Assembly: GCF_016433145.1 (NCBI RefSeq)
Contig: NC_058134.1
Span: 186,181,550 to 186,245,549 of the forward strand
Reading direction: 5' to 3'
Length of the DNA stretch: 64,000 bases
DNA from: Gracilinanus agilis
Lineage: Eukaryota
The translations under genes were made by a program, and so were the position numbers. This document shows, one piece after another, positions 13,011-25,381 of the stretch; the first letter of the stretch is position 1; each line of letters starts with the position of its first letter. The notes beneath the pieces were generated by a model that was not told the origin of the DNA, did not search any database, and worked only from the letters and a program-made list of their open reading frames with translations.

Positions 13011-15022
13011 CTCAAATACATTAAGTCAGGGCTTTAGCTTAAATATAAGTAGGTTGATGTGTTAAGACATTTGATTTTGAGAAATTGATTTTATTAAGAT
13101 TTTGATTACAGGCAGCTGCTAAGTCTTAATAGTCTTCTACTTCTAATTCACTTAACATGAATGACTTTGGTATCATTCAGTTCTAATAAATCTATATGAT
13201 GTTTGTTGGATTGCTTTTATACTTGTACAGTTCTAAGAGTCTGTGTGTGTGTTTTAACCAGTGCAGAATTACCTAAACTTTAAACTTGTGGCACAAGAGT
13301 TTTACAAAAGTTAGCTATTCGTGTACAAAATATTTAGTACTGCATATTTCATTAATGCTTCTCCATATAAGAACCCACAAAGGTACTAAGCTCCCAGTTT
13401 AAAATTTCATTTTTTACTACTGAAAGATAGCGTTTTAGAGAGCCCACAAAGGGCTACTTAATAAGGCCAGGTCAAAAAATTGGCCAACAGTTTGACAATT
13501 TAATCAAAACAGTCAAGCTACACTGACACAAACCATTCGCTGGCATTTTCCAAATATAATAGCAAATCTTGAACTGTACTGTCTTGTTAGAGATTTGTAT
13601 TTAATGCTGTGAAGCCTCTCTTATCAAAGCCAACCAGAGAAGCAGAAATGGTATGACGAAAAGTTTCAAGGCAGATGGCAGTCCTTTAAACAAAAGCAGA
13701 AAAAAATTTAATTCAAATGCATTTAATACAGAAATTGTGACCTTATTTAAGCAATAGTTAAGTCTAAATCCAAATGCTAACTCAGAGTAATTTACACTAT
13801 GAAAATTCATTATCACAATCCATATTAAATGTATACTTTCTAGACTCAAAGTATAAAATTCAAAATGTTGTGTGACTTTGCTATAAAACAGACTGATCTG
13901 TCCACTATCCATTATATTTTTTACTCGATAGGCTAAATATGCCAGAAAAGTTTGTAACAAATCTACTGTTCTCAAGCAATTTTTCTGATGAACAACAGAA
14001 TGGATGATCAAAAAAGTTTTGACAATCTCCCTTCCTAAAAATATGAGATCAATATACAGTACAGTGAAAAGAGCATGGGACTTGAAGTTAGAAGACCTAT
14101 ATTTAAGCCCTGCCTATGACACCTAAGAGATATGTGTGACTTTGGACAAATTACTCAATTTCTTTGATCCTTAATTTCCTCATCTATAAGACGCAGATAA
14201 TATTACTTAAAAAGTACTAGTACTTTATGGTTTGCATGTCATTCGATCCTAACAACAACCTTGTGAGGTAGGCATGACACAAAGTATCACTCCATTTTAC
14301 AAATGAGGAAAACTGAAATTCAGAAAGATTAAGTGACATGCCCAAGGTCAGAGAGTTAGTAAATGGCAGAACAGATTAAAATCTAGGTCTTTTCAGACTC
14401 CAAATCTGGTGCTTCTCATACTATTGTACAATTACATAAATATGAACTTTTATTGGCCTATTTCACAGAGTTGATGTGAGGATAATACTTTGCAAAACAT
14501 AAAGTAGAAAAATCAATGTGAATTATTATCTTTTTTATTAAACCTGTTTGTAGCAAAGGGATTAAACAAAATAAAAGGACCTTATAAACTTTAGCATTCC
14601 ATAATACAGATAAGACTTAGTTTATCACACAATTGAATCAACAGGTAAAATAAACGTATTTTTTTATGTAGCTGTTGATTGCTTTAGCTTTCAAAGCACA
14701 GACCCTTCTAGAGCTCATTTAATTGTTGCATGCCAATAAAAATACACAGCCCAGTCCTGATGTTTAACTTTGCCACAAGTGAATTAACTAACAAAAACAA
14801 TTTTATACGTGTACTCAAAATTTGGCATGTAAAGTTAAAATGGCAGGTAAAAAAAAAAAACAACCCCTGCTTCCACAGTGGATACAACTTAATAAAAACA
14901 GATAATTTAAATTAAAGTTAAAATCTATTTTGATATGAAAGTTTTAGCATTGACTTCTTGTAGTGGCATTAATTCATTACAATTAGCCTTTATTTTAAAT
15001 GCTATGTTTTGTTTATAATTAA

Positions 15023-15258
15023 NNNNNNNNNNNNNNNNNNNNNNNNNNNNNNNNNNNNNNNNNNNNNNNNNNNNNNNNNNNNNNNNNNNNNNNNNNNNNN
15101 NNNNNNNNNNNNNNNNNNNNNNNNNNNNNNNNNNNNNNNNNNNNNNNNNNNNNNNNNNNNNNNNNNNNNNNNNNNNNNNNNNNNNNNNNNNNNNNNNNNN
15201 NNNNNNNNNNNNNNNNNNNNNNNNNNNNNNNNNNNNNNNNNNNNNNNNNNNNNNNNNN
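15023..15258. other. Assembly gap (236 N), intron 4
   Basis: N run. Confidence 1.
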
Positions 15259-16189
15259 GTCCGCATTAACTAATCTTCTTTTTCAAACTGTCACAACCTC
15301 AAGTGGAACTCAACTTTAAATTTAATCTTTTGAAACAGATTAAGATTGAAGATGTCTACTTCCCTTGTTTCATGTGCCAGAAAATCAGAGTACTATACTG
15401 GAAAATGTATTCCCAATTAACAAGTTGTTCTAAATTACTACTTCTTTAAAAATCCAACATCCTTTATATTTCTGTATTTTCAGTACCTATCCTTTTGGAA
15501 TTTATACATCATTTTGCTAGTGAGCTAATAATTATTAGTTTATATAAAATGGCCAATATTTTGAGATTTCCCCCCCACAATGATCTTAACTCCTAATTCT
15601 TAATAATAATTTTTAATTATACTATATATTCTGCATGCTTTGTACATCCCGCTATCAGGAAAACTTAACTAATTGAACTTAGCTGCTCTAAGGATGCTAT
15701 TTTATTTTAAAACATAGAAAAATTTTAGAGCTAAATAAGATCTGATTTTGGCCATTAACTATATAGTCCTTTATTTATTACTAAGGGTACGTAAATTTTA
15801 TGGTTTCAATTTTCCTCCCTGACAAAAGAAGAAAAAAAAATCATAAGGAAAGATAAATGGGAAGTATATGAATACTTTAGCACAGAACTGACAATCTTTT
15901 AAAGGTTATAATTGACTCAGTGTAATTGTGGGCTCAATAAAACTCAATGGAGTAGCTATGTAAAAATGTTATTTCTGACTTGATAGGGAATTCATTAAGT
16001 ACCTGGGTCTAATCCATACCTAAAAAAAAGAAGTCCATGTATCACATCTGAAAAATGATCACATAGCTTTTGCAGAAGTCCTGAATTTAGGTTCAAAAAT
16101 AAAATTGCACAAGTGGGGGAAATAAGATATAAAGCAGCTCATGTTATTCAATGAGTCAACAAATAACCTAATCTTAGGCTGACTGTTAC

Positions 16190-16660
16190 ATGTCAGAGAT
16201 GGTTTGACTGCCTGGTCATAAGACATATAGGATAATATGTCTACAGGCAAAACCTTTTAGGGAAGATTCAGAAGCATTTACAGACACTGGTAAGCAATAA
16301 GATTTATAGCAGGAACTAAGGATTTATGTGGCAAGGAGAAAATTTAGGAGCCCTGGGAGTATATGAAAGCAGTATTCAAATATGCAAATGAGTTATCCTT
16401 TAATGGTAGAGTAAACTATAGGGAAGAACTAAGTGAACATTTTTAAAAAGCAAATTTTAGCTCAACATAAGTAAATACTTCCAAACAGTTTACAATGAAA
16501 AAATTGAATGGATTATTTAAGAAATAATTTTTCTACCACTAGAGGTCATTTTGAAAAAAAGACTAGGCAAGATTATTGGGAATGTTGTAGATATGATTCA
16601 AGATAGGAACAAAAATTGAATTAGATACTTTCTAAGCTTTCTCCCAATTCTAAAATTCTT
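16190..16660 (+). mobile_element. L3/CR1 3' fragment
   Basis: Degenerate CR1 ORF2 end and the ...CCCAATTCTAAAATTCT tail. Confidence 0.6.
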
Positions 16661-18075
16661 AACTGACAGTTCATCAATCTTAAGAAAGGCAAGATGTTAA
16701 GCTGCTTAGTGATATAGAGAAAAGAAGGGAGGAAAGGTATAGATTAGTGAGAAAAACACAGAAATCATAGTTATCTTGTTAGCTAATTACTTCTATTTCC
16801 TTACATATCAAGCATACAGATGCAATATCCTATAGTATGTATGTTGGTTTGGGAACAATTCTGAACAGAAAATGTGCAAGAGGCATATGATTCCTAGCTA
16901 CTGATCCATCAACTAAAAATGAAATAATACGTTAAAAAACTGGTAATTATACATTTAAAACTATAGAATATTATAATTTAGAAATGATCAATTACAATGA
17001 ATCTGATTTCTGTCAATGAAACAGAAACAAACAGGATATCTTAGGGAGATACAATTTATAACTCTAGGACTCATTTCACACCAGGATCCATTTTTAATTA
17101 CAAGATTGACATTGTATCTTTCTCTTGTTTTATGCTGAATGAGACTATTCTGGAATCTTATCTGGGATTCTTATCTTCTGAAATGTGAGTTACCAAAATT
17201 AAAGAATAATCTTAATAAAATAGCATCACTGTACTTCTACAAAAGATGGCTCATTATAGCAACACATTTTTTTGAAAAAGTTGGTAGCTGAAGACAGGAA
17301 TAAAAATTTCAATAGAAACAGAGAATAAGAATTAGATTTGTAACCAGTAAAAGTGAATCATTTAACAAGTCTCAACACCATTTTCTAAATACATTGTTAA
17401 AACCTAGAAACTTGTTAATATCTTTCTTTTCTTTCTTTTCCTACCTTTTTTTTTGTTTTGTTTTCAACACTACTTCCATAGCACAGGGTATTGTACATAA
17501 AATTTTACTGATTTAAAATGAAATTAAGGATCTGATTTTTTTCATTAGTTAGACATATTGGGAAATATTCTAAAAAGTAAAGGTTTCTGGATATTCTAAT
17601 GGTATCAGAGGCCACCAGGTCACTGAAAAAATGTTGAGGAATAACAGCACATCCAAAGGATTAATCAGTAACTCCTGGTTTATCCAGAAAGGAAGTATGT
17701 TTGTTGTAGAAAAATATACTGACTTGGGAAATCAGACAAGTTGAGTTTGTGGTCAAGTTCCCCATTTACTAGCTATGTGACTCTAGCAAAGTCATAAGAA
17801 CATAGTTTCAGAACTAAAGGGAATCTTAGAAATCATCTTATGTGATGTGCACAAGATAATGCTGACTTTAAGAAGACTCTTTTTAAAATTCTAATCCTAA
17901 ATTACCTCACCTGTAAAACAAAGACAATGCTCTTATATTATTCTCAGTTGTTAAAAAGATCAAATGTAAAACTACTTTGTAATCAAATAACGTAAATTCA
18001 AATTATTATTACTGTCAGTAGTCAAGGAAAAGCTGAAGCCAATAAACAAATTATATTGCTCTAAACATAGGCTAC

Positions 18076-18279
18076 TTTTTTTTAAAAACCCTTACCTTCC
18101 ATCTTAGAATCAATACTGTCTATTGGTTCCAATGTAGAAGAGTGGTAAGGGCTAGGCAATGGGGGTTAAGTGACTTGCCCAGGGTCACACAGCTAGGAAG
18201 TGTCTGAGGCCAGATTTGAACCTAGGACCTCCTGTCTCTAGGCCTGGCTCTCCATCCACTGAATCACCCAGCTGCCCCC
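18076..18279 (-). mobile_element. SINE1_Mdo-like SINE
   Basis: Reverse complement of the 7058 element. Flanks ATAGGCTACT and ATAGACTACT look like a TSD with 1 mismatch. Confidence 0.92.
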
Positions 18280-18493
18280 TTATAGACTACTTCTAACTGT
18301 GATCTAAATCCTTTAAGTATCTCTTTAAAAATATTGATTAAAATGGCCTGTTTACTCATATAGACCTTTAATGTTTGCAAAAGCATTCATGTATGCACAC
18401 ACACAAAAAATATATAGTACTAAAAATACCTTCTCCAATGAAGGAGAAAAAAATAAAAAATAAAATCCAATGATCATTTTCCATTATTCATTT

Positions 18494-18531
18494 TATATAT
18501 ATATATATATACACATATATATATATATATT
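18494..18531. repeat. (TA)n microsatellite, interrupted
   Basis: Seen directly. Confidence 0.9.
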
Positions 18532-18699
18532 ATTGTGATATATGTATCACAATACTTTCAAGTGGGTGATGGGGTTACCCCCATGTTACAGAGTAGAAAA
18601 CTGAGGATCAGAGGAAGTCAAATATCACACAGATGAGTGGTCAAGGCAAGCTTTGAATCTAGGTTTGGCTGACTCCAAGTCTAATTTGCTATCAATATA

Positions 18700-19232
18700 C
18701 CATTCACTCAGGCGCTAACCTTTAAGAAGCTTCAATGGCTCCCTAATGCCTCCAGAATAAAATACAAACTCATATTTCAAGTACCTCCCAATTTGGTTCT
18801 CACCCATCCTTAAAAAAATTTTCATGGCACTTCTCTAACACAAAATCTATATTCAGAACAAACTGGTCTTGCTGTTCCCTGTACATGATCTTCTGCTGTC
18901 TGCCTCAATACCTTTGCACAGGTTGTTGCCTTCCCTTGCACAGAACATTCTCCTTATTCACTTCTTGGAATCCCTAGATCCATTCAAAGTTCAGATAAGT
19001 ATTTCCTCCTAAGCAAGGCCTTTTCTGACTCCCGCAACTGAGAGCAAACTCACTTATGCAATTACTTTATTTTTATAAATACAGCGTTATAATTACTTTC
19101 CTGTATGCATAATGTTTCCTCAAGTAGAATATAAGATCCTTGAAGTCAGGAACCATTTTCCTTTATATTTTTTGCAATCCTAGCATTTAGCACAGTATAC
19201 AGTAGAAGTACTAAATAAATGTTTGTTGAATT
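18700..19232 (+). mobile_element. L2 3' end
   Basis: Canonical L2 tail TAGCACAGT...AATAAATGTTTGTTGAA. Confidence 0.8.
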
Positions 19233-19665
19233 AAATTATAGGCCATCCACTGGTTTTATACAAAAGACTTCATAATATATTTAGACCAATATAGCATTTT
19301 TAATTAATTTTGCATTTGTACCATTCTTTAATCTATCATATTAATAAATGGATAATTTTAAAGACGGGGTATAGTATCAAATTCTAACTATTATTTGACA
19401 AGAATGACTATCTTACTTTTTCAAGGAAGGGAGTATCATTTACTAATTACTTGCTCAAGTCTTTAGGCAAGTCAACCAATTCGTAAATCTTGAAATCCAC
19501 CCTGAAATATCTCTTGCCAGAGTACTAAAAATACCTTCTCCAAGGAAGGAGAAAAAAAAAAATCCAATGATCATTTTCCATTATTCATTCTTTTAATTTC
19601 TCCTAAAGCACCTAACAGTGCTGACTGAGACTGTATCTCTCCCCTCAGTTTCCAATGCTCTATAC

Positions 19666-19857
19666 TAGTGGTTCCCAAACTTTTTTGGCCTACTGCCCCC
19701 TTTCCAGAAAAAATATTACTTAGCCCCCTGGAAATTAATTTTTTTTATTTTTAATAGCAATTAATAGGAAAGATAAATGCACCTGTGGCCATCACCACCC
19801 CCCTGGATCACTGCAGCACCTACCAGGGGGCGGTGGCACCCACTATGGGAATCAATG
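19666..19857. mobile_element. hAT MITE, family A (TIR about CAGTG[G/A]TTCCCA)
   Basis: Degenerate TIRs TAGTGGTTCCCA and TGGGAATCAATG. Perfect 8-bp TSD CTCTATAC at 19658..19665 and 19858..19865. Confidence 0.88.
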
Positions 19858-19865
19858 CTCTATAC

Positions 19866-20101
19866 CAATGATGATGAACCTTTTAGAGACCGAGTGCCCA
19901 AACTGCAACCCTCACACTGTATGTGAGCCTCTCCCTCCCTCACCCTTACCCCCAAACAGGGAAAGAAGGAAGCACTCCCATTGGACTGCTGGGTAGAGGA
20001 GTGGGTGATGAGAGAAATGTCCTCAGGAACACATAGAGAGGGGGAGAGGAGCAGCCCCCTCTAGTATGCTCTGGTATGTGTACCATAGGTTCACCAAACA
20101 G
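19866..20101 (+). mobile_element. hAT MITE, family B (TIR about CAGTGATGGYGAACC)
   Basis: Ends CAATGATGATGAACC and GGTTCACCAAACAG. Flanked by CTCTATAC and CTCCATAC. Confidence 0.85.
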
Positions 20102-21299
20102 CTCCATACTCTCCAGGTTTTCCTCCTAACTTTCTATCTTGTCCTTCTGACACATTTATGTAGGCTTTCAATCTTCCCCACACAGATTCACTATCAATGT
20201 CAGCCTAAGAATCTGTTTTTGGCTCTCCTCTAGCTATAAATTCTTGCTTCAATGTCATCCATTTAAATGGTTTTAATTATCATTTCAATATAAGTGACTC
20301 TTAAAAGTTCTAAACTTCTAGCTTGTATTTTAACTGCTTGCTTCAAACTCAACTCTTCTTTCCCCTAAACCACAACTTCTATGTTGCTAGCACTGTCACC
20401 CAGATTAGAAGCTTCAAAGTCACTCTGTGATTATTTCTCCTAAGCACCATCCCAAAAAATTTAAATAGTTATTAACTTCTACAAAAGCTTGAAGAGGCAG
20501 TGTAGAACTGCAAAAAGACTCAGATTTAAAATTGGAGGACTTGGTCTTGAATCCCAATTCTGCCATTTATTGCTTATATGGCCATGGACAAGTCACTTGG
20601 CTTCTGTGGGTTTGTTTTCTCATCTATAAAATGAAAGAGTAGGATTTGAGGACTTATAAAAGATCTTCTATAATTCTAAAGCTATAATCCTCCAAGATCA
20701 CCTTTTCTGACTCTTCCCCTTCCTAGTTATAAGTGCATCCCACAGTCCCAAAACTTCATCATAATTTTGTATCTTCTTTGATAAGTAGATGATGTCTTCC
20801 CTAAAATAATATTCTCTAACATAATATTAAGTTCTGTGAGAAAAAACAACTATTTCACTTTTGTCTTTGTAATCCCAAGCACTGAACACACACACGGGAC
20901 CTTAACACTTACTGACTGGTCCTCCTTTCCATCATACCATTTTAACCACCCCAATTTAAGCTCTATCTTCATGCCTAAAAGAGATAAAGGCAGTGTGATA
21001 TGGCAAAAAGAACACAATACTCAAAAGTCAGAAGAGGTCTGGCTCAGATGCTTCCTTCCCAAGTTACCTACCTCTAATCCTCAGTTTCCCCAAGTGGAAG
21101 CTAGTAATAATATATGATCTATGCTAGTCACATGTGAGGAATATGCTTTGGAAACCTTAAAAGCTTCATAAAAGTACAAACTATTATGGTACGTTACTCA
21201 GAGAGCCACGCCCCCAGCCTAGCCCACTACTTGAGGTCAGAGCCATGACTATCTGGTGGCAATTATTTACCAATGCCAGGTCATTTTCCCTTCTTCTTC

Positions 21300-21510
21300 T
21301 TTTTTTTTTTTTTTAAAACCCATACCTCCCATCTTAGAATCAATACTGTCTATTGGTTCCACAACAGAAGAGTGGTAAGGGCTAGACAACAGGGGTTAAG
21401 TGACTTGCCCAGGATCACACAGCTAGGAAGTGTTTGAGGCCAGATTTGAACCCAGGACCTCCTGTCTCTAGGCCTGGCTCTCCATCCACTGAGACACCCA
21501 GCTGCCCCCC
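21300..21510 (-). mobile_element. SINE1_Mdo-like SINE
   Basis: Reverse-complement match to the same family, with a poly-T tail at the left end. Confidence 0.92.
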
Positions 21511-21589
21511 GCCCCCCCCATTTCCTTTCTTTTTAAAGGCATTAAGTACCTAATTCAGTCTTCATCTCTACACCCACCTCATTTTCTTA

Positions 21590-22900
21590 CATTAGGAAAA
21601 TTCAATATGCATGTTCATGTTCTCTCAAACATCACAATCTCTTAGTTTCTCCATCTCATCAATACCCATGACAACATACTACTTCTCCATTTCACCTTAG
21701 CCACATATCAAGTCAGTCACATCCTTGATCTCACCACCACCTACAAGTTTTCCACTTCTAAAACCATCAATTCTGGGGCAGCTAGGTGGCACAGTGGATA
21801 GAAAACAAGGCCTAGATTGGAGGTCCTGGGTTCAGAATCTGGTCTCAGATACTTCCTAACTGTATGGCCCTGAGCAATTCACTTAACCCCAATTGCCTAG
21901 TCCTTATTGCTCGTTTTTGCCTTGAAACTGTAATTCTGCTGTCAAATCATAACTTTATTCCTCCTTATTCTGTACCTTGCTATTCCCTAAACTTATTTTT
22001 AATCCTCATTGTGACTTCCATCCCCTCTACCCCCTCACATCTTTTTCAAGTTACACTACCCAATTCTGACCCTCTAAGTTCATATGTTCTCTATCCTTAA
22101 ATCCTTTAACTTCTCAACCTTTTGCTACTCAAGCAAACTATCCACTTCTAATGCTCCTCCTTACATGCTGCTAAACAACTAGAAGAAATCATGCCACCAA
22201 GCTAACTTAAATTCACTAAAATTTGTTTTTGAATCTCATCTGGGCCTTCATTATAGCAAAGCAATTCTTTTACTCCTCTCCAATTGATTCTCTATCCTAC
22301 TCACTGCACTGGCTATTTGAAATCTTCTCCAACTCTCTCACACAATTCCATCCCCCCAACTTTTAGCATGAGGACCTGAATTGATCTTTTACTGAGTAAA
22401 CAGAGAGCAATTACCACAAACTTCTTCTTCACTCATGTCTCCAAACTTCTAGTTGTCATTTTAAGCCCTTCCTAATCTTGTTCCAACCTATCTTTGTCAA
22501 CTTATTTTTCATTTCCCCCCTCATACAATCTTCACTCCAGTCACATTAACCTATATCCAATGTTTTATATCCAATATTCTATCTCTTATTTTGGATGCCT
22601 TTGCATAGGAAATTTCTTGTCTGGAATAATCCCATTCACCAATTACAATCCAGATCAAGATCCACTTTCTAAAACCTTTTCTGACCTCTCTTCTCCTGTT
22701 CATCTGTCTCCAATGTTGGCACTTCCCTAGCTACTCCAACTAAAATTACTGTTATAATTGTTTTGCATGCTTACTTACTTATTTATGTACATATTGTTTC
22801 TTCCTAGTAAACTGAGGTTCAGGACTACTCTAATCTTTGCCTTTTTAATCCCTAGCTTATATGTTACCTGGAATCAGAGGTACTTAGTGATTGCTTGCTA
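21590..22900 (+). mobile_element. L2 fragments
   Basis: CT-rich ORF2-like sequence (CACATCCTTGATCTC) through to the L2 tail. Confidence 0.7.
21775..21922 (+). mobile_element. Older, 3'-truncated SINE1-type copy inserted in L2
   Basis: GGGGCAGCTAGGTGGCACAGTGGATAG head and a diverged body. Confidence 0.8.
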
Positions 22901-25238
22901 AATCACACTAGCCTCACAGCTACTACTTTCTTAATTTTAATCTATAGATTTATCACATAATAACAAATACTCAAGAATGTTTTAAGGTACTCAGTTATTC
23001 CTAGTACCTAGAATTCCATAAACACTGAGACACTGTGTTAAGGAAAAAGCGGGCATACCTTTAGATGCAACACATAAAGACATCCACAAAACAGAAAAGA
23101 AGAGACAGAAGGAAAACTTTTGTAGAGTGGGGGGGTGGCAGAGAATTAAAAAACATTTAAATATAGTTCTGTTCCTAGTTGTATTCTGGAAACTTTATTG
23201 TTACGTAATAAAAAAATTAAGCAAAAATATAAATCTAGAGTCTTTTGCTTGTGGAAGAGAATAATAGTCTCATGTCACTGATCTTGAATTCCTTCCTAAA
23301 AGAAAAAAGTTTAAGTATACCTTTGGAATGGTTCATAAAGGAAACTGTTTAAATGAGTGTTTTAGTATTATTTGGTAAATAAACAGGTAATAAGGTGATA
23401 TTTAAAAAGAAGGGAAAGTGACATTTTCGTACATTAAAAAAGTATTCTGATTTTTTTTTTAGTTCCTAGTTATACTTGATTTTTCAAGTTTATTTTGTGG
23501 AAAGGATATGTAGCACAAGAAACTTGGAAAATAAAAAATATGGAAAGGTCAAAATAACCTCTATTTAGAAACCAATACTCACTTTTTTCAGTTAACTTGT
23601 AGTTAAAAATAAAGCTGAGTTTCCACTTCAAATGTAAGATGAAGTCCCCTTAATGTAAATTCTACTATGTAAAGTATGGGTTAACAGGCCTTGCACTAAA
23701 TTTAAAAGATAAGACACTGCTTTCATTGCATACCAATGTTTTCATTTGCAAACAGCATTGAGATCCGGTCATTTAGCATAAAGGGTAATATATGTGTATT
23801 ATAGCTGTTATATACTCCATAAATAGGTAATACAATTTTAAAGAACACTGTCAGGTTTTCATACATATGCATATATTTTGTGTAAGGAACACTCCCCCCA
23901 AGTAAAACTGAAATTTTGTTTTCCAATAAAGACATAAAGCTTATTTATTATAACAGCTTCAAGCATATTTTTGATGCTAAATATGTACTTCCCTCCCAAC
24001 AGAATAAACTCTCTCATTTATGTTTAAAAGGAAGCAAGAGCCCAGCATCTATTTTGAAAACTATAATTATATTAATTAACCTTGACAGTGTTCCTTTGAT
24101 TTACTTTTTAAGTCATCATACTGAACATTTTTTAAATTTTTGAATTAGTACATTCCCAACCTAAAATGACAGGTAAGAGATGGAAAGAAATATTTTTAAA
24201 TTGGTGGCTTTTTGATATGTGGTTAATAATACCTTATGAGGACTCCCTAGGTTGGCTAATTTCCACAATTTTTTTTGGTCTAAAATATTATTGCCAACTA
24301 AAAAGCAAAGCAGCTATCTTCAAAGACATTCTTTTTAATTATAAAATGCAGCCAACTGCATCATTATCCAATATAATAAAAATATAAACACAAAAATTTC
24401 TTTTTTTTCCCAATACATTTTTAAAATATTTATGTCTGTCACGCTTAATCATCAAACCCCAAACCACTTGGTTCAAACTATATAATGCAACTAAGTCTTA
24501 GAAGTTTTATATTCAAACTTCCAAACTAGTTTTTAAAACACAAATATTCTAGGGGTTGGCTTCCATGACAAAGTATAAACAACAACCAAAATATCCTACC
24601 TCCAAGTAGTAATATTGTCTACCTCACAAATACCTCAAAGGAAAAAAAAGCTATCAAACATCTTTAACAAGAATATGCCTATATACTTCAGAAGATGGGA
24701 ATAAAATTATCAACTGCAAGAAGCATTATTAAAATACTTCACTACTGAGAACTCTTCACTGGCATCAAATTAACTGACAAAGTAATAAATTGATAACAGG
24801 AAATCTGGAGAGATATATTTACTAATAATAAGTCTGCTCTCCTTTCCATTGTTGAAAATAAAAATCTATAAATTGTTACAACATTACATTTTTTAAAACC
24901 CTCTTTACAACCAGGGACACTTCTAAAACCATGCATCCAACAAGTTCTACAACTAAATTTTCAGCATTAAAAAATTTATGTACAAGTTTACAGTTCAAAA
25001 ATCTGACAGTTTCTAAAATGCAAAATACTCAATAATTTAGTTTATGATTAACTTATTATATACAAACATATAGAAATATTCTGATTAATCTCAGATTTTT
25101 CAATTTATCAATTACATAAGACCTCATGTGTTTTATTTATATCCATGAATTTCAATTAAAATTATGTACACTGGTAGAAAGCCAAAGAATCAAACTCTAA
25201 TGTACTTTATTTTACTTACTGCTAGGTCAGATACCTAC

Positions 25239-25381
25239 CTTGTTTCTCATTGTAGATTATATTCTTACACAACAGGTCATTGTGACAAAGCACAACTGGT
25301 GAGCCCAGGTTTGAAAGTATCTCCTTCATCCAGGTCATCTCCTCCTGAAGTACATGAGGACTTGGCACATCTTTGAGGAAC
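25239..25381 (-). CDS. ETNK1: ETNK1 coding exon 4 (R-FLKDVPSPHVLQEEMTWMKEILSNLGSPVVLCHNDLLCKNIIYNEKQ-G)
   Basis: Translated by hand. Acceptor CTGAAG|G, donor AG|GTAGGT, 143 nt. Contains the Brenner phosphotransferase motif CHNDLxxxN. Confidence 0.97.

Noticed and set aside
13684-14011. Upstream part of the 136-aa minus-strand ORF
   Set aside because: It starts at TTG, is AT-rich and low-complexity, and resembles no protein I know. Only the part after the acceptor at 13683 is kept as a candidate.
10571-15269. ORFs spanning the N runs
   Set aside because: Artifacts of the assembly gaps.
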